From positions 106 to 64,105 of the forward strand of contig JBHOQO010000012.1 of assembly GCA_042408925.1 (NCBI GenBank): a stretch of 64,000 nt of DNA. Direction: 5' to 3'. This DNA is from Chloroflexota bacterium (GTDB taxonomy: Bacteria > Chloroflexota > Limnocylindria > Limnocylindrales > CSP1-4). Position numbers and translations under genes: made by a program. Shown in pieces: positions 38,139 to 46,579 of this stretch. The notes beneath the pieces were generated by a model. It saw only the letters and a program-made list of their open reading frames with translations. It did not search any database and had not been told where the DNA came from. Positions within the stretch are counted from its first letter, which is position 1. Every line of letters begins with the position of its first letter.

Positions 38139-38587
38139 GCGCCGACCGACTGGCGACCGTTCTCCGCCTCCGCCGGCTCGAGGAGCACCGGGCCCGACTC
38201 GCGCTCGCGCGGGCGCTCGGCGACCACGACGCCGCTCGCCGCCGACTTGCAGTGGCTCGGGCCGAACAGGCGGCCGCCACGGCCGGACTCCGATCGCTTC
38301 TGGAGGGTCGAGTCCCGATCGCTGAGGTGGCCGCGCGCACCGCGGCAGTCGAGGTCGGCGAGCGGAATCGGGCGGTGGCCGAGGCGAAGGTCGAGGCGGC
38401 GCAGCGAGTGGTGGCCGAGGCTCGCGAGGCGCTCGCCACGGCGATCCGTCGTCGGAACGCCGTCGAGCGGCTCCGCCAACGGCGCCTGGCCGAACGGCGC
38501 CTGGCCGTTGAGCGGCGGTCCGAGCGCGAGCTCACCGAGATCGCCCTCGTTCGCCACGCGCGAGCCATCGCTGAGCGGATGGGTTGA
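38135..38587 (+). CDS. fliJ: flagellar export protein FliJ
   Basis: 150-aa coiled-coil, position after fliI, Arg/Glu/Ala-rich FliJ-like. Confidence 0.7.
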   Translation: MSADRLATVLRLRRLEEHRARLALARALGDHDAARRRLAVARAEQAAATAGLRSLLEGRVPIAEVAARTAAVEVGERNRAVAEAKVEAAQRVVAEAREALATAIRRRNAVERLRQRRLAERRLAVERRSERELTEIALVRHARAIAERMG

Positions 38588-39711
38588 GGTTGGGTGCAAT
38601 GTCCACCGCGATCGCTGCCATTGCCAGCCGGGTCCGCGAGCTCGACACGCTCCTCAGGCAGATGGGGCGCCTGTCGTGGTCTGGTGCCGAATCCGTCGCG
38701 TCGGCCACGGCGCTCGTATCGCCCTGGCCGTCCAAGGACCCGGCCGGCGCCGGTCGCCGCGTGGGGGCGGTCGTGACGACCGTGCCGTTCGCAACGATCA
38801 TCCGGAACGTCGCGTCCGATGTCGCCGGCGAGGGGGGCTCGGGGGTCGTCGTCAAGCCCGTCGTCGGCGGGCGGATCACGCAGCGGTTCTCGCGTCCGGC
38901 GGCCGACGGCCTGCGCGGCCACGAGGGGTTGGACATCGCGGCACCCCTCGGGACGCCGGTCCGCGCGCTGGCCGCCGGGACGGTTCGCTTCGCCGGCGTG
39001 GCCCCCGACGGTGCCGTCGTCGTTCGGATCGAACACGCCGATGGGACCGAGACGCTCTACGGCCACTTGCAACCCGGTCTCGGGGTCCGAGCGGGTGATC
39101 GGGTGGCAGCGGGAACGACCATCGGGCGGATCGGGCTTACCGGCCGAACCACTGGACCGCATCTCCACCTCGAAGTCCGGGCCGGCGGCAGGCCGATCGA
39201 CCCCGAGCCGATCCTGGAGAGCGGCCGACTCCCGGGGAGCCTGCGGGCCCTCGGTGCCGAGCAGCTGGGCCGGATCGCCCTCCGCCGCTTCGATGCGATC
39301 GCCGAGCGCATCCCGTATGCCGCGGAGATCCGCACCGCGGCGGTCGACGCCGGGATCGATCCGCTCCTCCTCGCGGCCCTCGTGCGCACCGAATCGGGCT
39401 TCCGTACCGACGCGGTCTCGCGGGCTGGGGCGATGGGGCTCACCCAGCTCATGCCGGCCACCGCCCGGGCGCTTGGCGTCGACGACCCCGTTGATCCGGC
39501 GGCGAACCTCGATGGCGGCGCCCGCTACCTCGCCGGCAACCTCCGAATGTTCGGACGTGTCGACCTCGCCCTCGCTGCCTACCACGCTGGCAAGGCGGCC
39601 GTCCGACGGGCGGGCGGCATCCCCGACTCGCCGGTGACGCAGGCGTACGTCGCCCGGGTGCTCGAGACGTGGGCTGGCTATCTCGCCGCAGCGGAGGAGC
39701 AGGACCGATGA
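38584..39711 (+). CDS. flagellar-operon peptidoglycan hydrolase: M23 (LytM) peptidase domain fused to lytic transglycosylase (SLT) domain; functional FlgJ analogue
   Basis: M23 motifs HEGLDIAAP..GHLQ..HLHLEV; SLT motifs TESGF..AMGLTQLMP..AAYHAG. Confidence 0.8.
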   Translation: MRLGAMSTAIAAIASRVRELDTLLRQMGRLSWSGAESVASATALVSPWPSKDPAGAGRRVGAVVTTVPFATIIRNVASDVAGEGGSGVVVKPVVGGRITQRFSRPAADGLRGHEGLDIAAPLGTPVRALAAGTVRFAGVAPDGAVVVRIEHADGTETLYGHLQPGLGVRAGDRVAAGTTIGRIGLTGRTTGPHLHLEVRAGGRPIDPEPILESGRLPGSLRALGAEQLGRIALRRFDAIAERIPYAAEIRTAAVDAGIDPLLLAALVRTESGFRTDAVSRAGAMGLTQLMPATARALGVDDPVDPAANLDGGARYLAGNLRMFGRVDLALAAYHAGKAAVRRAGGIPDSPVTQAYVARVLETWAGYLAAAEEQDR

Positions 39712-40169
39712 GGATCGACGACGCAACTGGGCGGCTCTTAGCGACCGCCCTCGATGGCCTGGCGAGCCGCCAGGAGGCGATCGCCGCCAACCTAGCGAAC
39801 ATCGACACGCCCGGCTACGCGCCGCTGGCGGTCGACTTCGAGACCGCGCTCCGGGCCCAGATCGAGGCGGCGAACGGCGGTTTCGCTCCTCTCCAGCCGC
39901 GACCTCCGACCCTCGGGTCGTCCGCCGACGAAGGGCCGTCCCGGATCGATCCCCGCCACCTCGCCGGGGTCGCCTCGCCGGCCGGTGGCGTCGAGGTGTC
40001 CATCGTCCCGCGACCGACGGTCGAGGCCGGCCGGAACGACCGCAACACCGTCGATCTCGAGGCCCAGGTCACCGGGCTCGCCGAGACGCAGCTTCGGTAC
40101 GCGGCGGTCTCGCGGCTCATCAGTCTTCGCCTTGGGATGCTCCGAGACGTCGTTGGAGGTCGGTTCTGA
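39708..40169 (+). CDS. flgB: flagellar basal-body rod protein FlgB (displaced from the usual flgB-flgC position)
   Basis: LDGLASRQEAIAANLANIDTPGYAPLAVDFETAL.. and C-terminal RNTVDLEAQVTGLAETQLRYAAVSRLIS. Confidence 0.85.
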   Translation: MRIDDATGRLLATALDGLASRQEAIAANLANIDTPGYAPLAVDFETALRAQIEAANGGFAPLQPRPPTLGSSADEGPSRIDPRHLAGVASPAGGVEVSIVPRPTVEAGRNDRNTVDLEAQVTGLAETQLRYAAVSRLISLRLGMLRDVVGGRF

Positions 40170-41791
40170 TGCAGATCGTTCGCGTCCCCGAGACGCACGT
40201 CGTCCCCGGAGGGCTCGTCGCCGAGGCCGTTGGGTTTCCAGTGGAGGCGCTCGGCGAGGCGTCCGAGGCGACGGCGGTGGCGGTACCGGCCGAAGCGCTC
40301 GCGGATGCGCCGGAGCGGGCTGGTCCGTCCTCGACAGGCCGGCCTGCGCGAGAGAGTGGTCGAGCTCGTGGCCGATCCAGCGGTGGAGACGAGGCCGACG
40401 TCGCGCCCAGTCTCCCGGCCACCCTCGCCCCCTGGCTCGGTGCCGGCCCAGCGTCCGGTGCCGGGGCAGGGCGAGTGGGAACATCCGGCGATACGGACGG
40501 GGCCGTCTCGACCGATTCGGCGGCGGCCTCGGCCACATCGCGATCGCAGCCGGATGGTCGGGATGGCCTGGCTCACTGGCTCGCGATGGTCGTTCCGAAC
40601 TGGGCACTCGGCGTCTCGGCGGTCGCTCCGGTGGCCGTCGCGGAATCGGAGCAGCCGGAGCTGCCCGCCGGCGTCCCACTGGAGCAATCCGACGTCGTCG
40701 GGTCGGACGAAGCGCACGGCCTCGCGGTCATCCGAACGCCGACCGAGGCCGCCGGACGTCTTCGGTCCGCCGCCGTCGGCAGCGAGATCGTTCCGGCAAC
40801 GCCGTCGCCGGCTGAGGACGTCGCCCCGGCGCCAGGGACACTCGTGGATCGAGTCGTCGGCGAGCCGGCGGCGATGCCGGGCGCCGGGACGGGCGAGGCA
40901 GTACCCGAGGTCCGGGTCGCCCCGGCCGATGCCCTCTTGAGCCAGGGCGCGCCTCCGACAGTGGCGGAGACGCCCACCCCGATACGGCAGACGACGCGTC
41001 CGCCGGCCGACGCGCCGCCCGGCGAGCTTGTTGCGCCACCCCCCACCGACCCGCGACCCCGCCTGCGGGATGGAGCCGAGGCGCTCGAACCGCGTCGACC
41101 GGACACGGACGGCGCCGCGACGTCCAGCGCCCGGAGCGGCGACCTGCAGGGACTGGCCCGGCCGGCTTCGACCGACGCCGCTCCGCCGCCGGTCGTTGCG
41201 CCGGCGGCTGTTCGGGCGTCGGGGCCATCGGTCGTCCGGGACGCCGGACCGTCCGATCCGACGGCCGCCGCCGATCGGCTGCTCCGGTTCGTCGCCGAAC
41301 GGATCCACGTTGCCGTCGGGGAGCGACGGCCTGCCCTTGAGGCCCGGTTCCACGACCCGGCACTCGGTCCCGTGCGGCTGTCGGTCAGCGGTCTGCCAGA
41401 CGGCCCCATCGCGGTGACGATCATCGTCACCATCGCGCGGGCCGCCAGAGCCATCGAGCGCGCGGCGCGCGAGGCGCACGCCGACGGTCAGGCGCCTCTC
41501 GCCGGGATCGACCTCCGGATCCGGACCGAGGTCCCGATCGGCGGGCCGCCGGCGGTCGAGCCCCGGCCGAGCGAGCATCGATTTCCCGGCTCCGGCGGGG
41601 CGGGAGATCCGAGCCTCACGACCAACGCCGGCCCGGGCCGTCAGGGTGGGGGGCACGGCGCACCAGCCGAGGCGTCCCTTGCCCCGCCGATCGCGAGCAG
41701 CAAGACGGGGCGGGGCGCGCGGACCGCGGTTCCTGCCCCGGCGACGCTGCGCCCACCAGGCGCGCCCGGCACCCTCGATCTCCGCCTCTAG
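40169..41791 (+). CDS. fliK: flagellar hook-length control protein FliK (Pro/Ala-rich, low complexity)
   Basis: position fliJ..fliK-flgD-flgE; C-terminal FliK-C-like segment (LRFVAERIHVAVGERRPALEARFHDPALGPVRLSVSG). Confidence 0.55.
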   Translation: MQIVRVPETHVVPGGLVAEAVGFPVEALGEASEATAVAVPAEALADAPERAGPSSTGRPARESGRARGRSSGGDEADVAPSLPATLAPWLGAGPASGAGAGRVGTSGDTDGAVSTDSAAASATSRSQPDGRDGLAHWLAMVVPNWALGVSAVAPVAVAESEQPELPAGVPLEQSDVVGSDEAHGLAVIRTPTEAAGRLRSAAVGSEIVPATPSPAEDVAPAPGTLVDRVVGEPAAMPGAGTGEAVPEVRVAPADALLSQGAPPTVAETPTPIRQTTRPPADAPPGELVAPPPTDPRPRLRDGAEALEPRRPDTDGAATSSARSGDLQGLARPASTDAAPPPVVAPAAVRASGPSVVRDAGPSDPTAAADRLLRFVAERIHVAVGERRPALEARFHDPALGPVRLSVSGLPDGPIAVTIIVTIARAARAIERAAREAHADGQAPLAGIDLRIRTEVPIGGPPAVEPRPSEHRFPGSGGAGDPSLTTNAGPGRQGGGHGAPAEASLAPPIASSKTGRGARTAVPAPATLRPPGAPGTLDLRL

Positions 41792-41803
41792 GGAGGACAC
41801 AGC

Positions 41804-42274
41804 ATGGCCATCGACGTTCGAATGCTCGCCGGAAGCAGCGGACTCCTCGGCGACCCGATCCTCGCTTCGCTCGGCTCCGCGCTCGGGCCGGGTGCGTCCC
41901 GGATCGACCGCGGGCGCGACATGAGCGACATCTTTGGGCTCGGGCGCGACGACTTCTTTCGGCTCTTCCTCGCCCAGCTCCGGAACCAGGACCCGACCAA
42001 GCCCCTCGAGGATCGCGACTTCGTCGCCCAGCTTGCGCAGTTCACGCTCATCGACACGATGCAGGAGGTGAAGCGGGTCCTGAACGCCGGGTCGCTCGCC
42101 CAGGCCGCGGCACTCATCGGCCGGACCGTCGTCGGCTCGACCGAGGATGGTCAGCCGGTCGAGGGCGTCGTCGACCGCGTCGTCCAGAGCGAGGGGGCCG
42201 TCGCCCTCGCCGTCAACGGGCTCCTCGTCCGGCCGGAGTCGGTCACCGTCGTGGCCGACCCGCCGGCGAGCTAA
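41804..42274 (+). CDS. flgD: flagellar hook assembly protein FlgD
   Basis: LGRDDFFRLFLAQLRNQDPTKPLEDRDFVAQLAQFTLIDTMQE core FlgD motif; GGGAGGA RBS. Confidence 0.85.
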   Translation: MAIDVRMLAGSSGLLGDPILASLGSALGPGASRIDRGRDMSDIFGLGRDDFFRLFLAQLRNQDPTKPLEDRDFVAQLAQFTLIDTMQEVKRVLNAGSLAQAAALIGRTVVGSTEDGQPVEGVVDRVVQSEGAVALAVNGLLVRPESVTVVADPPAS

Positions 42275-42327
42275 GCCGATCCATTCACGTCACGACCGGC
42301 GCAGGTCGTGAGCCACCACTGAAGGAG

Positions 42328-42750
42328 GTGATGCGTACGCCCATCCATCGCACCGTCGGATTGCCAGTTGCGGTCGCCCAGATCGAGTCGTCGGATCCCG
42401 TCCGTCCGCTTGGTCCACACGGGACCGGCCCCGCCCGCGGCCGGCACCGACCCCAGGACGCGGACTTCGCGGCGACCCTCGCTGCGGAGGAGCGCCGCTC
42501 GATCCAGTGGTCGGCCCACGCGAGCCACCGGCTCGAGCGACGGGCCATCGACCTCGATGCGGCGCAGCTCGATCGGCTCGAGCGGGCCGTCGAGCTCGCG
42601 TCGGCCAGGGGTGGCCGGTCGTCGGTCGTCTGGCTCGACCGGATCGCCTACATCGTCGACGTTCCGTCGGGCACGGTCATCACCGCCGTCCGCCCGGACC
42701 AAGGAAGGGAGGCCGTCTTCACGAACATCGACAGCGTCGTCATCGCCTGA
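42328..42750 (+). CDS. flagellar operon protein of the TIGR02530-like family (between flgD and flgE)
   Basis: ~140 aa, conserved position in Firmicute-type flgD-X-flgE; pattern F...L.......S.HA..RL..R.I.L....L..L..AV..A. Confidence 0.45.
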   Translation: MMRTPIHRTVGLPVAVAQIESSDPVRPLGPHGTGPARGRHRPQDADFAATLAAEERRSIQWSAHASHRLERRAIDLDAAQLDRLERAVELASARGGRSSVVWLDRIAYIVDVPSGTVITAVRPDQGREAVFTNIDSVVIA

Positions 42751-42888
42751 ACGCTCCGACCGAGCCGGCGGCGTGCCGGCGACGGAGGACCCGGATCTCG
42801 CCGGACCTCGTGCAGGAGGCGACTCGGGTCGGGCAGGGGCCCTGCCCATCCCACCAAGCCATCGACGCAACCTGGGAGGTCACGAACT

Positions 42889-44118
42889 GTGCTTCGATCG
42901 ATGTTCTCGGCCATCAGCGGCCTGCGCAGCCACCAGGTCATGATGGACGTCATCGGCAACAACATCGCCAACGTCAACACCGTCGGCTTCAAGGCCGGGC
43001 GGGTCAACTTCCAGGACACCCTCTCCCAAACGTTCCGTGGCGGTGCTGCTCCGAACGGAACGCTCGGCTCCATCAACCCCGCCCAGGTCGGGCTGGGGGT
43101 AACGGTCGCCGGCATCGACGTCCTCCACACCCAGGGCAACCTCCAGGCGACCGGTCGCCTGACGGACCTCGCCATCCAGGGTGACGGGTTCTTCGTCATG
43201 TCGAACGGTCCGCTTACGTACTACACGCGGGACGGCGCCTTCGACATCGGGCTCGATGGCTCGCTCCTCAACCCCGCCTCGGGCCTCCGCGTCATGGGCT
43301 GGCAGGCGGACAACGCCGGCGTCGTCGACACGACGGCCCCGGTCGGCCCCTTGACGATCCCCCTCGGGCGGCGGACGACGGCCCTCGCCTCGTCGTCGGC
43401 GGTCGTTCAGGGCAACCTCGATGCCCGGGCCGAGGTCGGCGATACGGTTTCGACGACCCTTAGCGTCTTCGACTCGCTCGGCACCCGCCACCCCATCAAG
43501 ATCACCTTCACGAAGACGGCCGCCAACGAGTGGAGCTGGTCGGCTGCGGCCGACCCGTCCGACCCGGGGACCTCGACGTCGAGCAGCGGGACCATCACGT
43601 TCACTTCGGCGGGACAGTTCGCCAGCGTCAACACGACGACCCTCTCGATTTCCCTGACGAATGGCGCCGGGAGCCCGCTCGTCGTCGATCTCGACTTCAC
43701 GAAGATGAACCAGTACGCCGGGGCGAGCCAGGTCTCCGGCGTCGCCGACGGCTTCAGCTCGGGCACGCTCGTGACGTTCTCGATCGGGTCGAGCGGTGAG
43801 ATCACCGGGGTCTATTCGAACGGGCAGACCCAGACCCTCGGCCAGATCGCCCTCGCCACGTTCACGAACCCCGGCGGTCTCCTCCGCGCCGGCCAGAACC
43901 TCTTCCAGGCGTCGTCCGCGTCCGGCGATCCGCTCGTCGGCGTGCCGGGAACGGGTGGCCACGGGAATGTCACGACCGGCGCCCTGGAGATGTCAAACGT
44001 CGACCTGGCAACGCAGTTCACCGGGATGATCACCGCCCAGCGCGGCTTCCAGGCGAACGGACGGGTGATCACGACCTCGGACGAGATGCTCCAGGAGCTC
44101 GTCAACCTGAAGCGGTAG
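42889..44118 (+). CDS. flgE: flagellar hook protein FlgE
   Basis: N-terminal MLRSMFSAISGLRSHQVMMDVIGNNIANVNTVGFK and C-terminal GALEMSNVDLATQFTGMITAQRGFQANGRVITTSDEMLQELVNLK. Confidence 0.9.
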   Translation: MLRSMFSAISGLRSHQVMMDVIGNNIANVNTVGFKAGRVNFQDTLSQTFRGGAAPNGTLGSINPAQVGLGVTVAGIDVLHTQGNLQATGRLTDLAIQGDGFFVMSNGPLTYYTRDGAFDIGLDGSLLNPASGLRVMGWQADNAGVVDTTAPVGPLTIPLGRRTTALASSSAVVQGNLDARAEVGDTVSTTLSVFDSLGTRHPIKITFTKTAANEWSWSAAADPSDPGTSTSSSGTITFTSAGQFASVNTTTLSISLTNGAGSPLVVDLDFTKMNQYAGASQVSGVADGFSSGTLVTFSIGSSGEITGVYSNGQTQTLGQIALATFTNPGGLLRAGQNLFQASSASGDPLVGVPGTGGHGNVTTGALEMSNVDLATQFTGMITAQRGFQANGRVITTSDEMLQELVNLKR

Positions 44119-44238
44119 GGATCCGCCGGTCCGTCGCGCCCGGTTCGGTCGCGCCCGGCGAGGAATCGGACCGGGCCGGCGGCCGGAGATCCACCGCCGC
44201 TTCGCTGCGATGCCCAACACGGTAGGAGGCACGACCCG

Positions 44239-45513
44239 ATGGGACGACTCGACCCCAACAGCCTGGCGACGCCGGGCGGCTCCAGCCGATCCCGGCCAAC
44301 GACCGGGCGCCGCGCTCTCCTTGCCCACGCGGCATCCACGCCCGGCGGCACGGTCCGGCGTCGCGGCTGCCCGCCGCGCCGGGCCGCGGCCGCGTTCGCC
44401 GGCATGGCCCTCGCCGTCGGCCTCCTCAGCGGCCTGGCGGGTGCTCGCCCGGGACCGACGCTCGCCAACGGCATCGGCGACCTGTACGCGGCGACGACCG
44501 GCGGCGTCGCCGAAATCCTCGTCGCGAGCGGGGAGGTCCTGGCGACGGTGCCGCTCCAGCCTCCCCCGACCGCTCTCGCCTTCGCGCCCGACGGGCGGAC
44601 GCTCTTCACCGTCACCGGGAGTCGGGCGCTCCAGCCGATCGACATCGAGACGCTCGAGACCGCCGCGGCGATCCCGCTGCCCGGTGCCGCCGTGAGTGTC
44701 GCCCATCCGAACGGGGAGCGCGTCGTCGTTGCCCTTGCCGGAGACCGTCGACTGGCGATCGTCGATCGGAGCTCCGGATCCGTTGCCCGAAGCGGGGAGC
44801 TCCCCGGCCCGCCCGACCTGTTGGCCGCCGACCGACGACACGAGCTGGTCGCCGTCGCGGAGAATGGGAAGTCCTGGGTCGGGCTCCTCGACGGCGAGGC
44901 GCCGCCCCGGACGGGCACCGTCGAGGGGCGGATCACGGCCATCGCCGTCTCGAGCGACGGCGCGGCGTACGTCGCGACTCGTGTGCCCGCCAGTGTCAGT
45001 CGAATCTCGCTCCGAGACCTCGCCGTCGAGCGGGTGGTCAGCCTGCCCGCCTCGCCGGACGCGATTGCGGTGGTCGCCGACGGCGTCGTCGTGGCGAGCG
45101 GCCGGACGCTCTGGTGGCTCGACCGCACGGGACCGCGCCAGTGGCGGACGACCCAGGCGCCGGTCACGGCCCTCGCGGCGAGCGACGATGGACAGGTTCT
45201 CTACGCGGCGACGCAGGGGGCGATCGAGGCGTTCGTCGCGCGTGGCGATGGCTCGGTGCGGATCACCCTCGAGGTCGGCTTGGGCCCGGCGGTCCTGGCG
45301 CCGGTGCCCCGTCCGGCGTCGCTGACGGGAGTCGGCGGAACGGGAGAGCCTGGCACCTCGCCTGGCGAGGCCGGCCGAGCCCCAGCGACGAACACGGAGG
45401 GAGCGGCCACAGGCGCCGCTCTCGACCCGTTGCCGATCGTGCTGGTGGTCCTCGTCGTCCTCCTCGTGGCCGGCGTCGGCGCCCGTCGGATCGTCGGCGC
45501 CCCGTCAGATTGA
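44239..45513 (+). CDS. secreted YVTN-type beta-propeller repeat protein with C-terminal TM anchor (hypothetical)
   Basis: repeating ~40-aa units (..LYAAT..G.V..I......V..V.....P..LAF.PDG..L.V); C-terminal hydrophobic LPIVLVVLVVLLVAGVGA. Confidence 0.5.
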   Translation: MGRLDPNSLATPGGSSRSRPTTGRRALLAHAASTPGGTVRRRGCPPRRAAAAFAGMALAVGLLSGLAGARPGPTLANGIGDLYAATTGGVAEILVASGEVLATVPLQPPPTALAFAPDGRTLFTVTGSRALQPIDIETLETAAAIPLPGAAVSVAHPNGERVVVALAGDRRLAIVDRSSGSVARSGELPGPPDLLAADRRHELVAVAENGKSWVGLLDGEAPPRTGTVEGRITAIAVSSDGAAYVATRVPASVSRISLRDLAVERVVSLPASPDAIAVVADGVVVASGRTLWWLDRTGPRQWRTTQAPVTALAASDDGQVLYAATQGAIEAFVARGDGSVRITLEVGLGPAVLAPVPRPASLTGVGGTGEPGTSPGEAGRAPATNTEGAATGAALDPLPIVLVVLVVLLVAGVGARRIVGAPSD

Positions 45514-45636
45514 GATCCGCTCAGACCCGGTTCCGGGCCCCCACAGCCGCCGCCAGCGCCCAACGGGCCGCCCGTCCGGCCCCACCGGGGCGGCGGTGGT
45601 CGCGGCGATGCGTCGCTCTCGACCCACGCTTCGGCA

Positions 45637-46425
45637 CTACAGGAGGCCATGGTGGGCAGCGAACACGACCGCCTCGACCCGGCTCCGGGCCCCCAGCTTA
45701 CGCTCGATGTTCTGGATGTGGTTGCGCGCCGTGAGGGGGCTGATCGTCAGCCGCTCCGCGATTTCCCGCGTCCCCAGCCCCATCGCCATGAGGCGGAGAA
45801 CCTCGAACTCCCGGCGCGAGAGCGGTCTCGGGACCGGGGGGACGGCGTCCGGGGGGACGGTGGCCTCGAGACGCCCGCTGGCCGATCCCGGCAGTGCGCT
45901 CGATCGGCTGTTGCCGCTCACTGGGCGGACCATGTGGAGGAGGTAGCTCGGCGCCCCGTCGTCGTCGGGAGCGAGGACGATCGAACTCGACACGAGGATT
46001 CGATCGTCTTCGCTCGTGCGGGCCACGATCTCGTAGCTCTCGGTAGGACGGCGCCGCCGGGCGTTTCGGACGACCCGGCAATCGCGACGACAGACCGGGT
46101 GACCGTCGGGCTCGGTTCCTGCCATGACCTCGTAGCAGCGGCGTCCGATGACCTCGGCGGCCCGGTGGCCGAGGAGGCGCTCGGCGGCAGGCGACCAGGC
46201 GACGATGCGCTGGCGCTCGTCGGAGACGAAGAGCGCCTCCGCCGACTGGAGCCCCCGCAGCCACTCGACGACGGTCGCCGCGGCTGCGGACGCGGATCGG
46301 GGCGGCACAGCGACCGATTCGACGAAGGTCGTCGACGCGGCGTCCGCGACCAGGCGACGGTTGGCTCGAGTTCGCATCGGCAGATCGATTCCACAGCGGC
46401 CGGGGACGCACCACGAGGCTAGCAC
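45637..46425 (-). CDS. PAS-domain LuxR-family transcriptional regulator with Cys/His cluster
   Basis: PAS-like LFVSDERQRIVAWSPAAERLLGHRAAEVIGRRCYEV..HPVCRRDCRVV; C-terminal LuxR HTH LSRREFEVLRLMAMGLGTREIAERLTISPLTARNHIQNI. Confidence 0.65.
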   Translation of the reverse strand: MLASWCVPGRCGIDLPMRTRANRRLVADAASTTFVESVAVPPRSASAAAATVVEWLRGLQSAEALFVSDERQRIVAWSPAAERLLGHRAAEVIGRRCYEVMAGTEPDGHPVCRRDCRVVRNARRRRPTESYEIVARTSEDDRILVSSSIVLAPDDDGAPSYLLHMVRPVSGNSRSSALPGSASGRLEATVPPDAVPPVPRPLSRREFEVLRLMAMGLGTREIAERLTISPLTARNHIQNIERKLGARSRVEAVVFAAHHGLL

Positions 46426-46579
46426 AGCCGCCCCTTGGCGGGATATTGGTGCGATCGAACTACATCGCGGCTGACGAGCCCTCCAACACTATCGCTCGCC
46501 ACTGGATGACGGCAGGGTCGGCCCCTGCCCGCCCGCACACCGCCGTCACGATCGAGATCGAAGGAGCGACCCGCAGCGC

